Source: Vulcanimicrobiaceae bacterium (lineage in GTDB: Bacteria > Vulcanimicrobiota > Vulcanimicrobiia > Vulcanimicrobiales > Vulcanimicrobiaceae). From it: a stretch of DNA of 27,989 nt. This document shows positions 1 through 8,684 of this stretch, piece by piece. A program made the position numbers and the translations under genes. Position 1 is the first letter of the stretch, and each line of letters begins with the position of its first letter. The notes under the pieces are model-generated. The model was not told where the DNA came from and did no database searches. It worked only from the letters and a program-made list of their open reading frames with translations. Location of the stretch: positions 1 through 27,989 of the forward strand of contig JBHEMM010000021.1 of NCBI GenBank assembly GCA_046262595.1, read 5' to 3'.

Positions 1-1
1 C

Positions 2-658
2 AGTGAGGACATTCCGTGCGCGACAAAGCTCCCGGTCGTGAATAACTTCGCGGCCGTCGACACCGAGCGCATCGTCGAGCTGCACGCCGACACGGCGATA
101 GCGATTCCCGCGCAGAGGCCGCTGACGGCCGGTTTGCAGCATGCAGGCGTGCGCGTCGTGTATTTACATGACGACAGCTACGCCGACATTTTTTCGGTTC
201 TGCGCTCGCTCGGCGCGTTGACGGGCCGCGAACGCCGGGCGCAGCGCTTGATTGCATCGCTGCGCGCGCGGACTGCGGCCCTGCAGGCGAGCGTGAAGGG
301 GCGGCATCGTCCCAGCGTGTTGTTCGTGGAGCAAAGCCTGCCGCTTTGGACGATCGGGCCGCGATCGTATATCGCCACGCTCATCGGTCTCGCCGGCGGC
401 CGCATCGCGACCCAGTCGCTTCCGCTCGCGTACGCGCAATTTTCCGACGAAGCGCTGCTGCGAGCGGATCCGGATGTCATCGTCGCCACCGCCGATGCGC
501 ACATCGAGAACGTTTTGCAGCGCGAGCCGTGGCGGTCGCTCAAAGCCGTCCGCGCGCATCACGTGTTCGTTGCGCCGGACACCAACGCACTCGTCCGTCC
601 CGGACCGGAATACGTTGAAGGATTGCAATGGCTGATCGCGCGCTTCTCGTCGCTGTAG
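2..658 (+). CDS. ABC transporter substrate-binding protein, helical-backbone metal receptor family (BtuF / Fe-siderophore-like); 5'-partial
   Basis: The frame is open from the window edge (SEDIPCATKLPVVNNF...). Motifs VDTERIVELHAD, LGALTGR, WTIGPRSYIATLIGLAGG, EALLRADPDVIV, WRSLKAVRAHHV and RPGP are typical of this family. The ligand cannot be determined. Confidence 0.8.
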   Translation, partial: SEDIPCATKLPVVNNFAAVDTERIVELHADTAIAIPAQRPLTAGLQHAGVRVVYLHDDSYADIFSVLRSLGALTGRERRAQRLIASLRARTAALQASVKGRHRPSVLFVEQSLPLWTIGPRSYIATLIGLAGGRIATQSLPLAYAQFSDEALLRADPDVIVATADAHIENVLQREPWRSLKAVRAHHVFVAPDTNALVRPGPEYVEGLQWLIARFSSL

Positions 659-1677
659 ACACGGGCGACAAGGGCCGCGCGATCGAGCCGGAACTGCTCG
701 AATTGCAGGCACTCGCGCACGCCTCTGGTGCGAACGTCGAAGAGATTGTCGTGCAGAAGCGTGACGCGGTCGATGCCGCAACGCTCGTAGGCAGCGGCAA
801 AGCACAAGAGCTCGCCGAGATCATCAAGGAGAACGATTACCGCCTCCTGCTCGTGCTCAACGATCTGCGGCCGCGTCAGCGCAAGAACCTCGAGAAGATC
901 GTTCCCGTCCCCATCGTCGACCGCACGATGTTGATCCTCGACGTTTTCGCGCAGCACGCGCGCAGCCGCGAGGGCAAACTGCAGGTGGAACTGGCGCAGT
1001 TACGTTACCGCCAGTCGAATCTCATCGGCACCGGAACCGACCTCTCGCGCCTGGGGGGCGGCATCGGCACGCGCGGTCCGGGGGAAACGAAACTCGAGGT
1101 CGACCGCCGCCGTATCTCCGCGCGCGTAAGCCTTTTACGCGATCAGCTCGAGACCGTGCGGCGTCAGCGCGAAACGCGGCGCAGCGCGCCGCGCGCGGAG
1201 CCGCTCGTGGCGCTTGTCGGGTATACGAACGCCGGCAAATCGTCGCTGCTCAACCGCCTGGCGCGCTCCGATGCGTATGTCGCGGATAAACCGTTTGCGA
1301 CGCTCGACCCGACGATGCGCCGGGTGTGGCTGCGCGGCGCGCAGTATGTGCGCGTCGTGGATACGGTCGGCTTTATCACCGATCTCCCGAAAGATCTGAT
1401 CAACGCGTTTCGCGCCACCCTCGAAGAGCTCAACGAGGCAGATCTGCTCGTGCACGTGGCGGACGCTTCCAATCGCGATTGGCCCCGCCAGATGCAAGCG
1501 GTTGACGCCACGCTGCGCGATCTCGGTCTGGAAAACAAGCCGCGGCTGCTCGTGTTCAACAAGACCGACGCCGCGCAAACGCCGGCTCGGCCCGGCGGAC
1601 TCAACGTGAGTGCGCGCACCGGCGCCGGAATCGACTCGTTACGGGAGGCGCTGGCTGCTGCTGCAGCGCAATCGTAG
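628..1677 (+). CDS. hflX: GTPase HflX (short form, 349 aa)
   Basis: Family motifs DRTMLILDVFAQHARSREGKLQVELAQL and GIGTRGPGETKLEVDRR are present. G motifs are GYTNAGKS, FATLDPT, DTVGF, NKTD and SA. The gene overlaps the upstream gene by 31 bp. Confidence 0.97.
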   Translation: MADRALLVAVDTGDKGRAIEPELLELQALAHASGANVEEIVVQKRDAVDAATLVGSGKAQELAEIIKENDYRLLLVLNDLRPRQRKNLEKIVPVPIVDRTMLILDVFAQHARSREGKLQVELAQLRYRQSNLIGTGTDLSRLGGGIGTRGPGETKLEVDRRRISARVSLLRDQLETVRRQRETRRSAPRAEPLVALVGYTNAGKSSLLNRLARSDAYVADKPFATLDPTMRRVWLRGAQYVRVVDTVGFITDLPKDLINAFRATLEELNEADLLVHVADASNRDWPRQMQAVDATLRDLGLENKPRLLVFNKTDAAQTPARPGGLNVSARTGAGIDSLREALAAAAAQS

Positions 1678-1687
1678 CGCGCGCGCC

Positions 1688-2383
1688 ATGAACAAAAATA
1701 TCCGCCTGCCGGCTCTTGCTGCCGTGCTGCTTGCCGCGTGTTCCTCGCATGCGGCAAATCCCGACGACGCGTTCGTCGCCGCTGCGGATGCGCTGCGCCC
1801 TTCGGTCGTGCTGCTCACCATGGACGTGCCCGGTTCGAAAAGAGGCAACCCCGACAGCGAGTACGCAACGGGCACCGTCGTTGCGAGCGGCGCTTGGGGC
1901 AGCGACATTCTTACGGTGGAGCACGCAATCGAACAAGCGTGGAATCTGCGCGTGACGATCGCAAACAAGGAAAAAGTCGCGGCAAGCGTCGTTGCGAAGG
2001 ACGCGAACCTTGATATTGCGCTGGTGCGCACCACGCGAAAGAATCTTCACGTCGCGAAGCTCGGGAGTACAGCGGACGCAAAACCGGGACGCATGGTCGG
2101 CCTGCTGGGATACCCCATTCCGGATCAGTTCGACGACGAAGGTTTGGGGTTGGCCACCTCGCTCAATTCCGGCCGCATCTCCTCGCTGCGTCAAGACGCG
2201 ATTGAGGTGACGTTGCCTATCGTTCCGGGCGAGAGCGGAAGCCCCGTGTTTTTAAGCGATAACGGTGAGATCGTCGGCATTGCGGAGTCGCGCTTTGACG
2301 AAGAGCGCTCGATCGGTTTCGCGCTCCCTGCCGGCGACGCGCTCAAATTTCTGCGCCGCACGGACGCGACGCACGGCTTTTAG
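1688..2383 (+). CDS. Trypsin-like (S1C/HtrA-like) serine protease, predicted lipoprotein, no PDZ domain
   Basis: ATG at 1688 gives MNKNIRLPALAAVLLAAC (lipobox). The His/Asp/Ser triad lies in LTVEHA, LDIALV and PGESGSP, followed by GEIVGI. Confidence 0.85.
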   Translation: MNKNIRLPALAAVLLAACSSHAANPDDAFVAAADALRPSVVLLTMDVPGSKRGNPDSEYATGTVVASGAWGSDILTVEHAIEQAWNLRVTIANKEKVAASVVAKDANLDIALVRTTRKNLHVAKLGSTADAKPGRMVGLLGYPIPDQFDDEGLGLATSLNSGRISSLRQDAIEVTLPIVPGESGSPVFLSDNGEIVGIAESRFDEERSIGFALPAGDALKFLRRTDATHGF

Positions 2384-3483
2384 TGCGCGGCGCCGTGCGG
2401 CGGCGCATGAAGCAGCGAGCGGTCGCCGACCCATTGCACCGGCGGAATCTCCAGGCGGCGCGCGAGTGCGTTAAGTTGCAGGCCGTACCGCGTGCGAAGG
2501 CGCGTGAACTCGCTCCACGCGCCGGCTGCATCCCGCGTCACGTATCCGGCGTTCTCCAAACGCTCGACCGCAGCGGCGAACTCCTGTTCTTCGATGCCGG
2601 GTCCTGCCGGTTCGCCGTGCATCAGGTCGAAGTAGTGCGCGAAATCGTTCGTCAGATGCTTGCCGATCTCGTACATGAGAAGCGCCTGTCCGCGGCTTTG
2701 CGGACTCAGCACGTGTTCGGGTTCTATTGTGCTGATAACGAGCGCCGATGCGTCCAGCAGTGTGCCGAGCGTTCCGACCCATGATTGGTAGTCGTGGCTG
2801 GAACGGAAATACATCAGCGTGGGGTAGGCAAGATGCGTTTCCATGACCGCCGCGGCCCATACTTGTCCCTCGCGCAACGTTTGCGCGAGGTCTTCGCGCA
2901 GGCCCGCGTACGAGAGCGTTTCGAGTAAGCCGACGCCGCTGGGCGGCACTCCGGCGCGCGCGCCCAGCGTCACGACGAATTGCTCGCGGGTCTGGAATGC
3001 GCCGAAGATCGAAAAGAGAAACGAAATGACGACCGCGACCACCGCAAGGCCGGACGCCGCGCAGAGCAGCGAGAGCAGCCGCGTCGTCATGCTGTGCGCG
3101 ACGATATCGCCGTAACCGATCGTCAGGAGCGAAGCGCCCGCATAGTAGAGCGTGTCACCGAAGTCCAGCCCTTGCGGCTGCAGCCCGGCGCGCAGCCCGT
3201 AAAACACGAGCGCCCAGCCGCCGAGAAGCGCCGCGACCCAAGCGCACAGCAGAACGATTAAATAGAAGGGCGCATAGGTTGCGAAAAAATCTTCCTTTTG
3301 CTCGCTGCCCGCGGCAAAGAGCAGCGTTGCGGCGCGCGGCCACAAATACCACAGACCACGCACGAGGTACCGGCTGATCCGCAGCGTCGTATTGGCCGCG
3401 CGCGGCACGATGACGGCTTGAAAGACGTCGCGCAGCGTGACCGCAATAAGGATGAAGCCGCCGAGAACGGCGGCTGCGTTTAG
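2380..3483 (-). CDS. Potassium channel family protein (Ion_trans_2-like pore plus C-terminal domain); start uncertain
   Basis: The selectivity filter LLTIGYGD is flanked by hydrophobic helices, with family-like [10 protein letters not shown] and [14 protein letters not shown]. There is no in-frame ATG/GTG/TTG ahead of the first hydrophobic helix (see findings). The 505-aa ORF call is over-extended. Confidence 0.8.
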   Translation of the reverse strand, partial: LNAAAVLGGFILIAVTLRDVFQAVIVPRAANTTLRISRYLVRGLWYLWPRAATLLFAAGSEQKEDFFATYAPFYLIVLLCAWVAALLGGWALVFYGLRAGLQPQGLDFGDTLYYAGASLLTIGYGDIVAHSMTTRLLSLLCAASGLAVVAVVISFLFSIFGAFQTREQFVVTLGARAGVPPSGVGLLETLSYAGLREDLAQTLREGQVWAAAVMETHLAYPTLMYFRSSHDYQSWVGTLGTLLDASALVISTIEPEHVLSPQSRGQALLMYEIGKHLTNDFAHYFDLMHGEPAGPGIEEQEFAAAVERLENAGYVTRDAAGAWSEFTRLRTRYGLQLNALARRLEIPPVQWVGDRSLLHAPPHGAAH

Positions 3484-3911
3484 CGTGGGGTCATCGCCGG
3501 AACGGGCGTTTCGGCACCCGGCGTGGGCGTTGGGGTCGGCGGCGGCGGGATGGTCGGTCCGCCGGCGATCGGGGCAATGCGCAGATAGCCGACGTTGGCG
3601 GTCTGCGCTTCGCGCACTTTGGCGCGGGCGGTGCTCACCGTATAGCCGGGAGCATCGGCCGTAACGTCCTGGTTGCCGATCGGAATGTTGATGAGCGTGA
3701 ATGCGCCTCGGGGGTCGCTGTAGGTCGTGTAGAGCGACCCGACGGAAACCAGCACGCCGCCCACCGGGCGGTTGTTCGTGGCGTCCAAAACGCGGCCCAC
3801 GATCGCGCCGAATTGCGAGACGCCGCCGCCGTTGGGGTTGCTGCAGCCGCCGCCGTTTGCGCCCAGGCTCAAAAGCAGAACGCCGCCCAAGATCCAAAAT
3901 CTACGCATCAT
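3480..3911 (-). CDS. Small predicted lipoprotein with carboxypeptidase-regulatory-like domain and Pro/Thr-rich tail
   Basis: Signal peptide [23 protein letters not shown]. The pattern [21 protein letters not shown]...[23 protein letters not shown] follows, and the tail is [10 protein letters not shown]. Confidence 0.75.
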   Translation of the reverse strand: MMRRFWILGGVLLLSLGANGGGCSNPNGGGVSQFGAIVGRVLDATNNRPVGGVLVSVGSLYTTYSDPRGAFTLINIPIGNQDVTADAPGYTVSTARAKVREAQTANVGYLRIAPIAGGPTIPPPPTPTPTPGAETPVPAMTPR

Positions 3912-3961
3912 GTTCTTGAAGAACGATGTTTCCGGCGCCGCTGTTACAGCCCTTCGTCCCC

Positions 3962-3982
3962 TGCCACAATTGTCGCATGCGA
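3962..3982. promoter_or_regulatory. Overlapping palindromes in the divergent promoter region (possible transcription factor site)
   Basis: TGCCACAATTGTCGCA (3962-3977, one mismatched pair) overlaps the perfect palindrome TCGCATGCGA (3973-3982). Confidence 0.3.
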
Positions 3983-4005
3983 TCGTTCAAGGGGTTCCGT
4001 ACCAC

Positions 4006-4023
4006 TTGTGAAAAAATCCACGA
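4006..4023. promoter_or_regulatory. Rex-like operator upstream of nuoA
   Basis: TTGTGAA-AAAA-TCCACGA matches 12 of 14 positions of the Rex consensus TTGTGAA-N4-TTCACAA. It ends 3 bp before the nuoA ATG. Confidence 0.6.
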
Positions 4024-4026
4024 GCG

Positions 4027-4380
4027 ATGACCCCCTATGCTCCCGTAGCCATGTTCGTAGCTGTCGCCTTTGCGGCGGCCCTGGGATTCAGCCTGCTGCC
4101 CGGCTTGCTCGCGCAGCGAAAGCCCAACCCCGAAAAAGAGAAAGCGTACGAATGCGGCGTCGAGCCGACGTCCAGCATCTCCGGCAGATTTCCGGTGAAG
4201 TTTTATTTGATCGCCATGCTCTTCGTCGTGCTCGACGTAGAAGCGGCTTCGATTTTCCCGTGGGCCGTGCAGATGCACGCGCTGCGCGTGTTCGGATTGC
4301 TCGAAATGGTGTTTTTTATTGTGGTGTTGGCGATTGGGTACGCCTATGTTTGGAAAAACAGAGGCTTCGAATGGAGATAG
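4027..4380 (+). CDS. nuoA: NADH-quinone oxidoreductase subunit A
   Basis: Motifs [21 protein letters not shown] and [10 protein letters not shown]; three hydrophobic helices. Confidence 0.97.
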   Translation: MTPYAPVAMFVAVAFAAALGFSLLPGLLAQRKPNPEKEKAYECGVEPTSSISGRFPVKFYLIAMLFVVLDVEAASIFPWAVQMHALRVFGLLEMVFFIVVLAIGYAYVWKNRGFEWR

Positions 4381-4850
4381 GACCGGGACAATTTCTTTTG
4401 GCGCGATTAGACGACGTCGCGCGATGGGCGCAAAGTTCGAGCGTGTGGCCGCTGACCATGGGGCTTGCATGCTGCGCGATCGAGATGATGTCGGTGACTT
4501 CCGCCGAGTACGATATCGCTCGTTTGGGCTCCGAGGTGTTCCGTCCGTCGCCGCGGCAAGCGGATCTGATGATCGTTTCCGGGCGGGTCGCGCAAAAAAT
4601 GGCGCCGGTCGTGAAGCGTCTGTTCGATCAGATGGCGGATCCGAAATGGGTCATCTCGATGGGCGCGTGCGCCAGCTCGGGCGGTGTGTTCGATAACTAC
4701 GCCATCGTGCAAGGCGTGGATACGATCATTCCGGTCGACGTCTATGTGCCGGGTTGTCCGCCGACGCCCGACGGTCTGCTCTATGCGGTGAATCTGATTC
4801 AGCAGCAGATCCGCGAAGGCGGCCGCGGCGGCCTGCTAGCAAGAGCGTAA
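4371..4850 (+). CDS. nuoB: NADH-quinone oxidoreductase subunit B
   Basis: ATG at 4371 (MEIGPGQF). Motifs [28 protein letters not shown] and [11 protein letters not shown]. Confidence 0.97.
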   Translation: MEIGPGQFLLARLDDVARWAQSSSVWPLTMGLACCAIEMMSVTSAEYDIARLGSEVFRPSPRQADLMIVSGRVAQKMAPVVKRLFDQMADPKWVISMGACASSGGVFDNYAIVQGVDTIIPVDVYVPGCPPTPDGLLYAVNLIQQQIREGGRGGLLARA

Positions 4851-4855
4851 ACGCA

Positions 4856-5455
4856 ATGCCGAGTTCCCAAGCTCCGCCGCTGATCGGCTTGGCGGCCGAT
4901 CCGACCGCCGTGCGTCCGCCGATTGCCGATGCGATCGTCGAGCGCATCGAACCGCAGCAGTTGCTCGCGCGTCTGCAGCAGCTCAAAGCGGAAGGCTACA
5001 CGATGCTCCTCGATGTCGGCGGCGTGGATTATCCGCACCGCACGCCGCGCTTCGACGTCGTCTATCATTTGCTGGCAATGCCGCTGCGCAAGGCGGACAT
5101 CGCACAAGTCGGAACGCCCAAACGCCTGCGTCTGCTGTGCGGCGTGAGCGAAGCCTCACCCGCGGTTCCCAGCGCGACGGGCCTATGGCTTAATGCGGAT
5201 TGGGCCGAGCGCGAGATCTTCGATCTGTTCGGCATCGCGTTCGAAGGCCACCCCGACCTGCGGCGCATTCAAATGCCGCACGATTGGGAAGGCGCGCCGT
5301 TGCGCAAAGATTATCCGTTGCGCGGGCCTGCGAAGGAAAAATCGCCGCGGCCCTCGTTCGCGCTCAAGAGCAACGTCGCCGCCGGAACGCCTCCGTCCGG
5401 GCGCACCCTGGAAGCGCTGCAAGAGCAGATACGTAAAGCGCGGGAATCGTCATGA
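4856..5455 (+). CDS. nuoC: NADH-quinone oxidoreductase subunit C
   Basis: ATG at 4856. Motifs GVDYP, RFDVVYHL, ADWAEREIFDLFGI.FEGHPDLRRI and PLRKDYPL. Confidence 0.95.
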   Translation: MPSSQAPPLIGLAADPTAVRPPIADAIVERIEPQQLLARLQQLKAEGYTMLLDVGGVDYPHRTPRFDVVYHLLAMPLRKADIAQVGTPKRLRLLCGVSEASPAVPSATGLWLNADWAEREIFDLFGIAFEGHPDLRRIQMPHDWEGAPLRKDYPLRGPAKEKSPRPSFALKSNVAAGTPPSGRTLEALQEQIRKARESS

Positions 5456-6666
5456 CGACGCCGCTTACGCCGGAAACGGTCTCACAAGACGGCAACTCGA
5501 TGGTGCTCTCCATGGGCCCGCAGCATCCGTCCACCCACGGCGTGCTGCAGATCATGCTTGAAATCGACGGCGAGAACATCGTCAAAGCGGATCCCGAGAT
5601 CGGGTACCTGCACACGGGCATCGAAAAAAACTGCGAGAACCAATTCTGGTCGACGGCGCAAACGAACGTCGAGCGCATGGATTACCTGGCGCCCAGCAGC
5701 AACGCGCTCTGCTATGCGCTCGGCGTCGAAAAACTGCTCGGCATTACGGATGACATCCCCGAGCGCGCGCAGATCATCCGCGTTCTCAACGCGGAGCTCG
5801 CGCGCATCGCCTCACACTGCGTGTGGCTGGGAACCGGCGGCATCGATCTTGGCGCGCTCTCCGTGTTTTTCTACACGTTCGATCTGCGAGAGAACATTCT
5901 TGATCTGCAGGAGGCCGCCGGCGGCGCGCGCATGCATCCGAACTACATCCGCGTCGGCGGCGTGAACGGCGATACGCCCGAAGGCTACATGGAGCGCCTC
6001 GATGCGCTGATCGAAAAGTTTCCCGGCCGCATGAAAGACTTGCGCGCGCTCGTACAGGCAAATCCGATCTTGCAGGACCGCATGGTCGACGTCGGTATTA
6101 TCGCGCCCGAAGAAGCGGTGCAGTGGAGCCTCACCGGTCCGTCTTTACGCGCGAGCGGCATTGCGTACGACGTGCGCAAGGCGTTTCCATACAGCGGTTA
6201 CGAGACGTACGACTTTGAAGTGCCCGTTGCGGCCGAAGGCGATTCGTACGCGCGTTTTCTCGTGCGTTTGGACGAGATGGACCAATCGCTGCGCATCGTC
6301 AAGCAATGCCGCGACCGGCTCAAAGCCGTCAAAGGGCCGATCGCCGTCGACAACGCTAAAGTCGTCGCGCCGCCCAAAGAAACGATCGCGCTTTCAATGG
6401 AGGCGCTCATTCACCACTTTAAGATCATGACCGAAGGCTTCCGTGTGCCGCCCGGCGACGTCTATCAGCCCGTGGAAGGGCCGCGCGGCGAGCTGGGCTT
6501 TTACATCGTCAGCGACGGCGGCAACCGCCCGTACCGCATTCGCACGCGGCCGCCCTCCTTGTATAATTTGCAAGCGATCAAGGGAATCGCTCCGGGCAAT
6601 CTGATAGCAGATCTGGTCGTCATGATCGGTTCGCTCGATCCGGTGTTCGGCGAGGTGGACCGGTGA
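5452..6666 (+). CDS. nuoD: NADH-quinone oxidoreductase subunit D
   Basis: Motifs MGPQHPSTHGVL, IGYLHTGIEK, ERMDY, EGPRGELG and IGSLDPVFGEVDR. Confidence 0.98.
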   Translation: MTTPLTPETVSQDGNSMVLSMGPQHPSTHGVLQIMLEIDGENIVKADPEIGYLHTGIEKNCENQFWSTAQTNVERMDYLAPSSNALCYALGVEKLLGITDDIPERAQIIRVLNAELARIASHCVWLGTGGIDLGALSVFFYTFDLRENILDLQEAAGGARMHPNYIRVGGVNGDTPEGYMERLDALIEKFPGRMKDLRALVQANPILQDRMVDVGIIAPEEAVQWSLTGPSLRASGIAYDVRKAFPYSGYETYDFEVPVAAEGDSYARFLVRLDEMDQSLRIVKQCRDRLKAVKGPIAVDNAKVVAPPKETIALSMEALIHHFKIMTEGFRVPPGDVYQPVEGPRGELGFYIVSDGGNRPYRIRTRPPSLYNLQAIKGIAPGNLIADLVVMIGSLDPVFGEVDR

Positions 6667-7424
6667 ACGCGGCGTTTGCGGAATTGGAGGCGCGCCTGGG
6701 TCCGCAGTGCGAGGAGATCGTCGCGCAATACGAGCAGCCGCGCTCCGCGCTGCTTCCTCTGGTGCATCTCTTCCAAGAACACGAAGGCTACGCCAGTCAA
6801 GACGCGATGCGCGCCGTCTCGCGTATTCTGGATCTTTCGCTTGCGGTGGTGGAGTCGACGGTTTCCTTCTACACCCTGTTTTTTCGTAAGCCCGTCGGTA
6901 AATACGTGCTGCAAGTCTGCCGCGGCTTGGCGTGCCAAATCAACGGCGCGGACGAGATCCACAACTATTTTCGCACCAGACTTGGTATAGGCCACTTGCA
7001 GACGACGCCGGACGGCATCTTCAGCTATGAAGAAGTTGAGTGTCTGGCCGCATGCGATCGTGCGACGTGCATGCAGGTGAATCTCGAATTCGTTTACGAT
7101 CTCACGCCCGTGCAGATCGATACGATGATCGAAGCGATGCGCGCCGGAACCTATGACGTCGCGCCGATGGCGCAGACGGCGGCGCCGGAACAGACGTGGC
7201 TCGTCCTGCAGGACGCGCAAGTGTCGATGGGCGGCAAATCCGCCGGCGCGCTGGATCAGCCGGAGCCCAACAACGCCGGCGGACTGGATCGCGACGGCGT
7301 GATCATGGTGGACCGGATCATCAATCAGGAATACCGTTTCAAGGGACGCACGAAAGAGCGCTTGGCCAACATGGAGGCGCAGTTCGAGGACGTAATCGAT
7401 CGCCGCAACGGAGCGGCGCATTAG
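6663..7424 (+). CDS. nuoE: NADH-quinone oxidoreductase subunit E with C-terminal extension
   Basis: GTG start overlaps the nuoD stop. 2Fe-2S ligands are CRGLAC and CLAAC; SFYTLF is present. Confidence 0.95.
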   Translation: MNAAFAELEARLGPQCEEIVAQYEQPRSALLPLVHLFQEHEGYASQDAMRAVSRILDLSLAVVESTVSFYTLFFRKPVGKYVLQVCRGLACQINGADEIHNYFRTRLGIGHLQTTPDGIFSYEEVECLAACDRATCMQVNLEFVYDLTPVQIDTMIEAMRAGTYDVAPMAQTAAPEQTWLVLQDAQVSMGGKSAGALDQPEPNNAGGLDRDGVIMVDRIINQEYRFKGRTKERLANMEAQFEDVIDRRNGAAH

Positions 7425-8684
7425 ATGCCGGTGGTGAAAGTGCTCACCGAAGGCATCGGCGAGGCGGATCTGCGCGATATCGGCGTCTACCGCAAACGCG
7501 GCGGCTACGCGCAGTTCGAACGCGCCGTCAAAACGATGACACCGGCGCAAGTGCTCGAGATTTGCGATAAGTCGGGTCTGCGCGGCCGCGGAGGCGCGGG
7601 ATTCCCGACGGGCAAAAAATGGTCGTTTTTACCTGCCAACGGCAAGCCGCGGTATCTGGTCTGCAACTGCGATGAAGCAGAACCCGGAACGTTCAAAGAT
7701 CACATGCTGCTCGAACAGGCGCCGCATCTGGTGCTCGAGGGCATTCTGCTGGGCGCGTACGGCATCGGCTGCACGCACGCGTACATCTATATTCGCGGTG
7801 AATTCAAGCGCGGCGCCGCGATCTTCGAGCAAACGATTGCGCAGGCGCGCGACGCGGGCTTTGTCGGCAAGAACCTTTTCGGTAAAGGCTACGATCTTGA
7901 AGTGACGGTGCACCGCGGTGCCGGTGCGTACATCTGCGGTGAAGAAACCGCGCTGCTCAATTCGCTCGAAGGCAAACGCGGCGAGCCGCGCCTCAAGCCG
8001 CCGTTTCCGGCCGTTGCGGGCCTCTATGGCATGCCGACCGTCGTAAACAACGTCGAGACCCTCGCCTATTTGGTGCCGATCCTCGAAAAAGGCGCGCAGT
8101 GGTTCGCATCGGCCGGCACCGAGCGCAGCAAAGGCTACAAGATCGTTTCGATCAGCGGCCACGTCCAAAAGCCGGCTAACTACGAAGTTCCGCTCGGCAC
8201 GCCGGTCCGGGAGCTGATCGAGATTGCCGGCGGTTTGCGGCCGGGACGCACACTGATGGCGATCCAGCCCGGCGGCGGTTCGTCTGCGTGCATCTTCGAA
8301 GAACATCTCGATCTGCCGTACGATTACGAATCGATGGCTAAAGCCGGCTCGATGCTGGGCTCGGCCGCGTTCCTCGTGATGGACGATACGACGGATTTCG
8401 TCAAAGCCGCATTCAACTTGGTGCGCTTCTTTTCGCACGAATCGTGCGGTCAATGCACGCCGTGCCGCGAAGGCGGGCATTGGCTCGAAACGGTGCTGCG
8501 CCGCTTCGTCGAAGGACGCGGCATGCCGTCCGACATGGACATGCTGCACAAAGTGAGTGCGGAGATCACGGGCATCAATCTCTGCGCGCTTGGCGACTCC
8601 ATCGAACCGTTCCTCAAATCCGTCCTCAACCGTTTCCCGCAGCAATTCGAAGCACGCATCCTCAAAGAAAGCGTCCCCGTATGA
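7425..8684 (+). CDS. nuoF: NADH-quinone oxidoreductase subunit F
   Basis: Motifs SGLRGRGGAGFPTGKKW, DEAEPGTFKD, GAGAYICGEETALL, ESCGQCTPCREG and LCALGD. Confidence 0.98.
   Translation: MPVVKVLTEGIGEADLRDIGVYRKRGGYAQFERAVKTMTPAQVLEICDKSGLRGRGGAGFPTGKKWSFLPANGKPRYLVCNCDEAEPGTFKDHMLLEQAPHLVLEGILLGAYGIGCTHAYIYIRGEFKRGAAIFEQTIAQARDAGFVGKNLFGKGYDLEVTVHRGAGAYICGEETALLNSLEGKRGEPRLKPPFPAVAGLYGMPTVVNNVETLAYLVPILEKGAQWFASAGTERSKGYKIVSISGHVQKPANYEVPLGTPVRELIEIAGGLRPGRTLMAIQPGGGSSACIFEEHLDLPYDYESMAKAGSMLGSAAFLVMDDTTDFVKAAFNLVRFFSHESCGQCTPCREGGHWLETVLRRFVEGRGMPSDMDMLHKVSAEITGINLCALGDSIEPFLKSVLNRFPQQFEARILKESVPV

Noticed and set aside
2380..3897. 505-aa version of the channel ORF
   Set aside because: The first ~135 residues are Arg/Pro-rich off-frame translation overlapping the better supported 3480-3911 gene.
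3813..4370. Long N-terminal extension of nuoB in the ORF track (similar extensions for nuoC, nuoG, nuoJ and the protease)
   Set aside because: These overlap real upstream genes. Coupled starts exist at 4371, 4856, 9232, 13075 and 1688.
6501..8645. Long antisense ORFs (349 aa and 338 aa) opposite nuoE/nuoF, and similar ones elsewhere such as 13233-14144 and 19354-20523
   Set aside because: These are typical shadow ORFs of high-GC coding DNA and carry no recognisable motifs.
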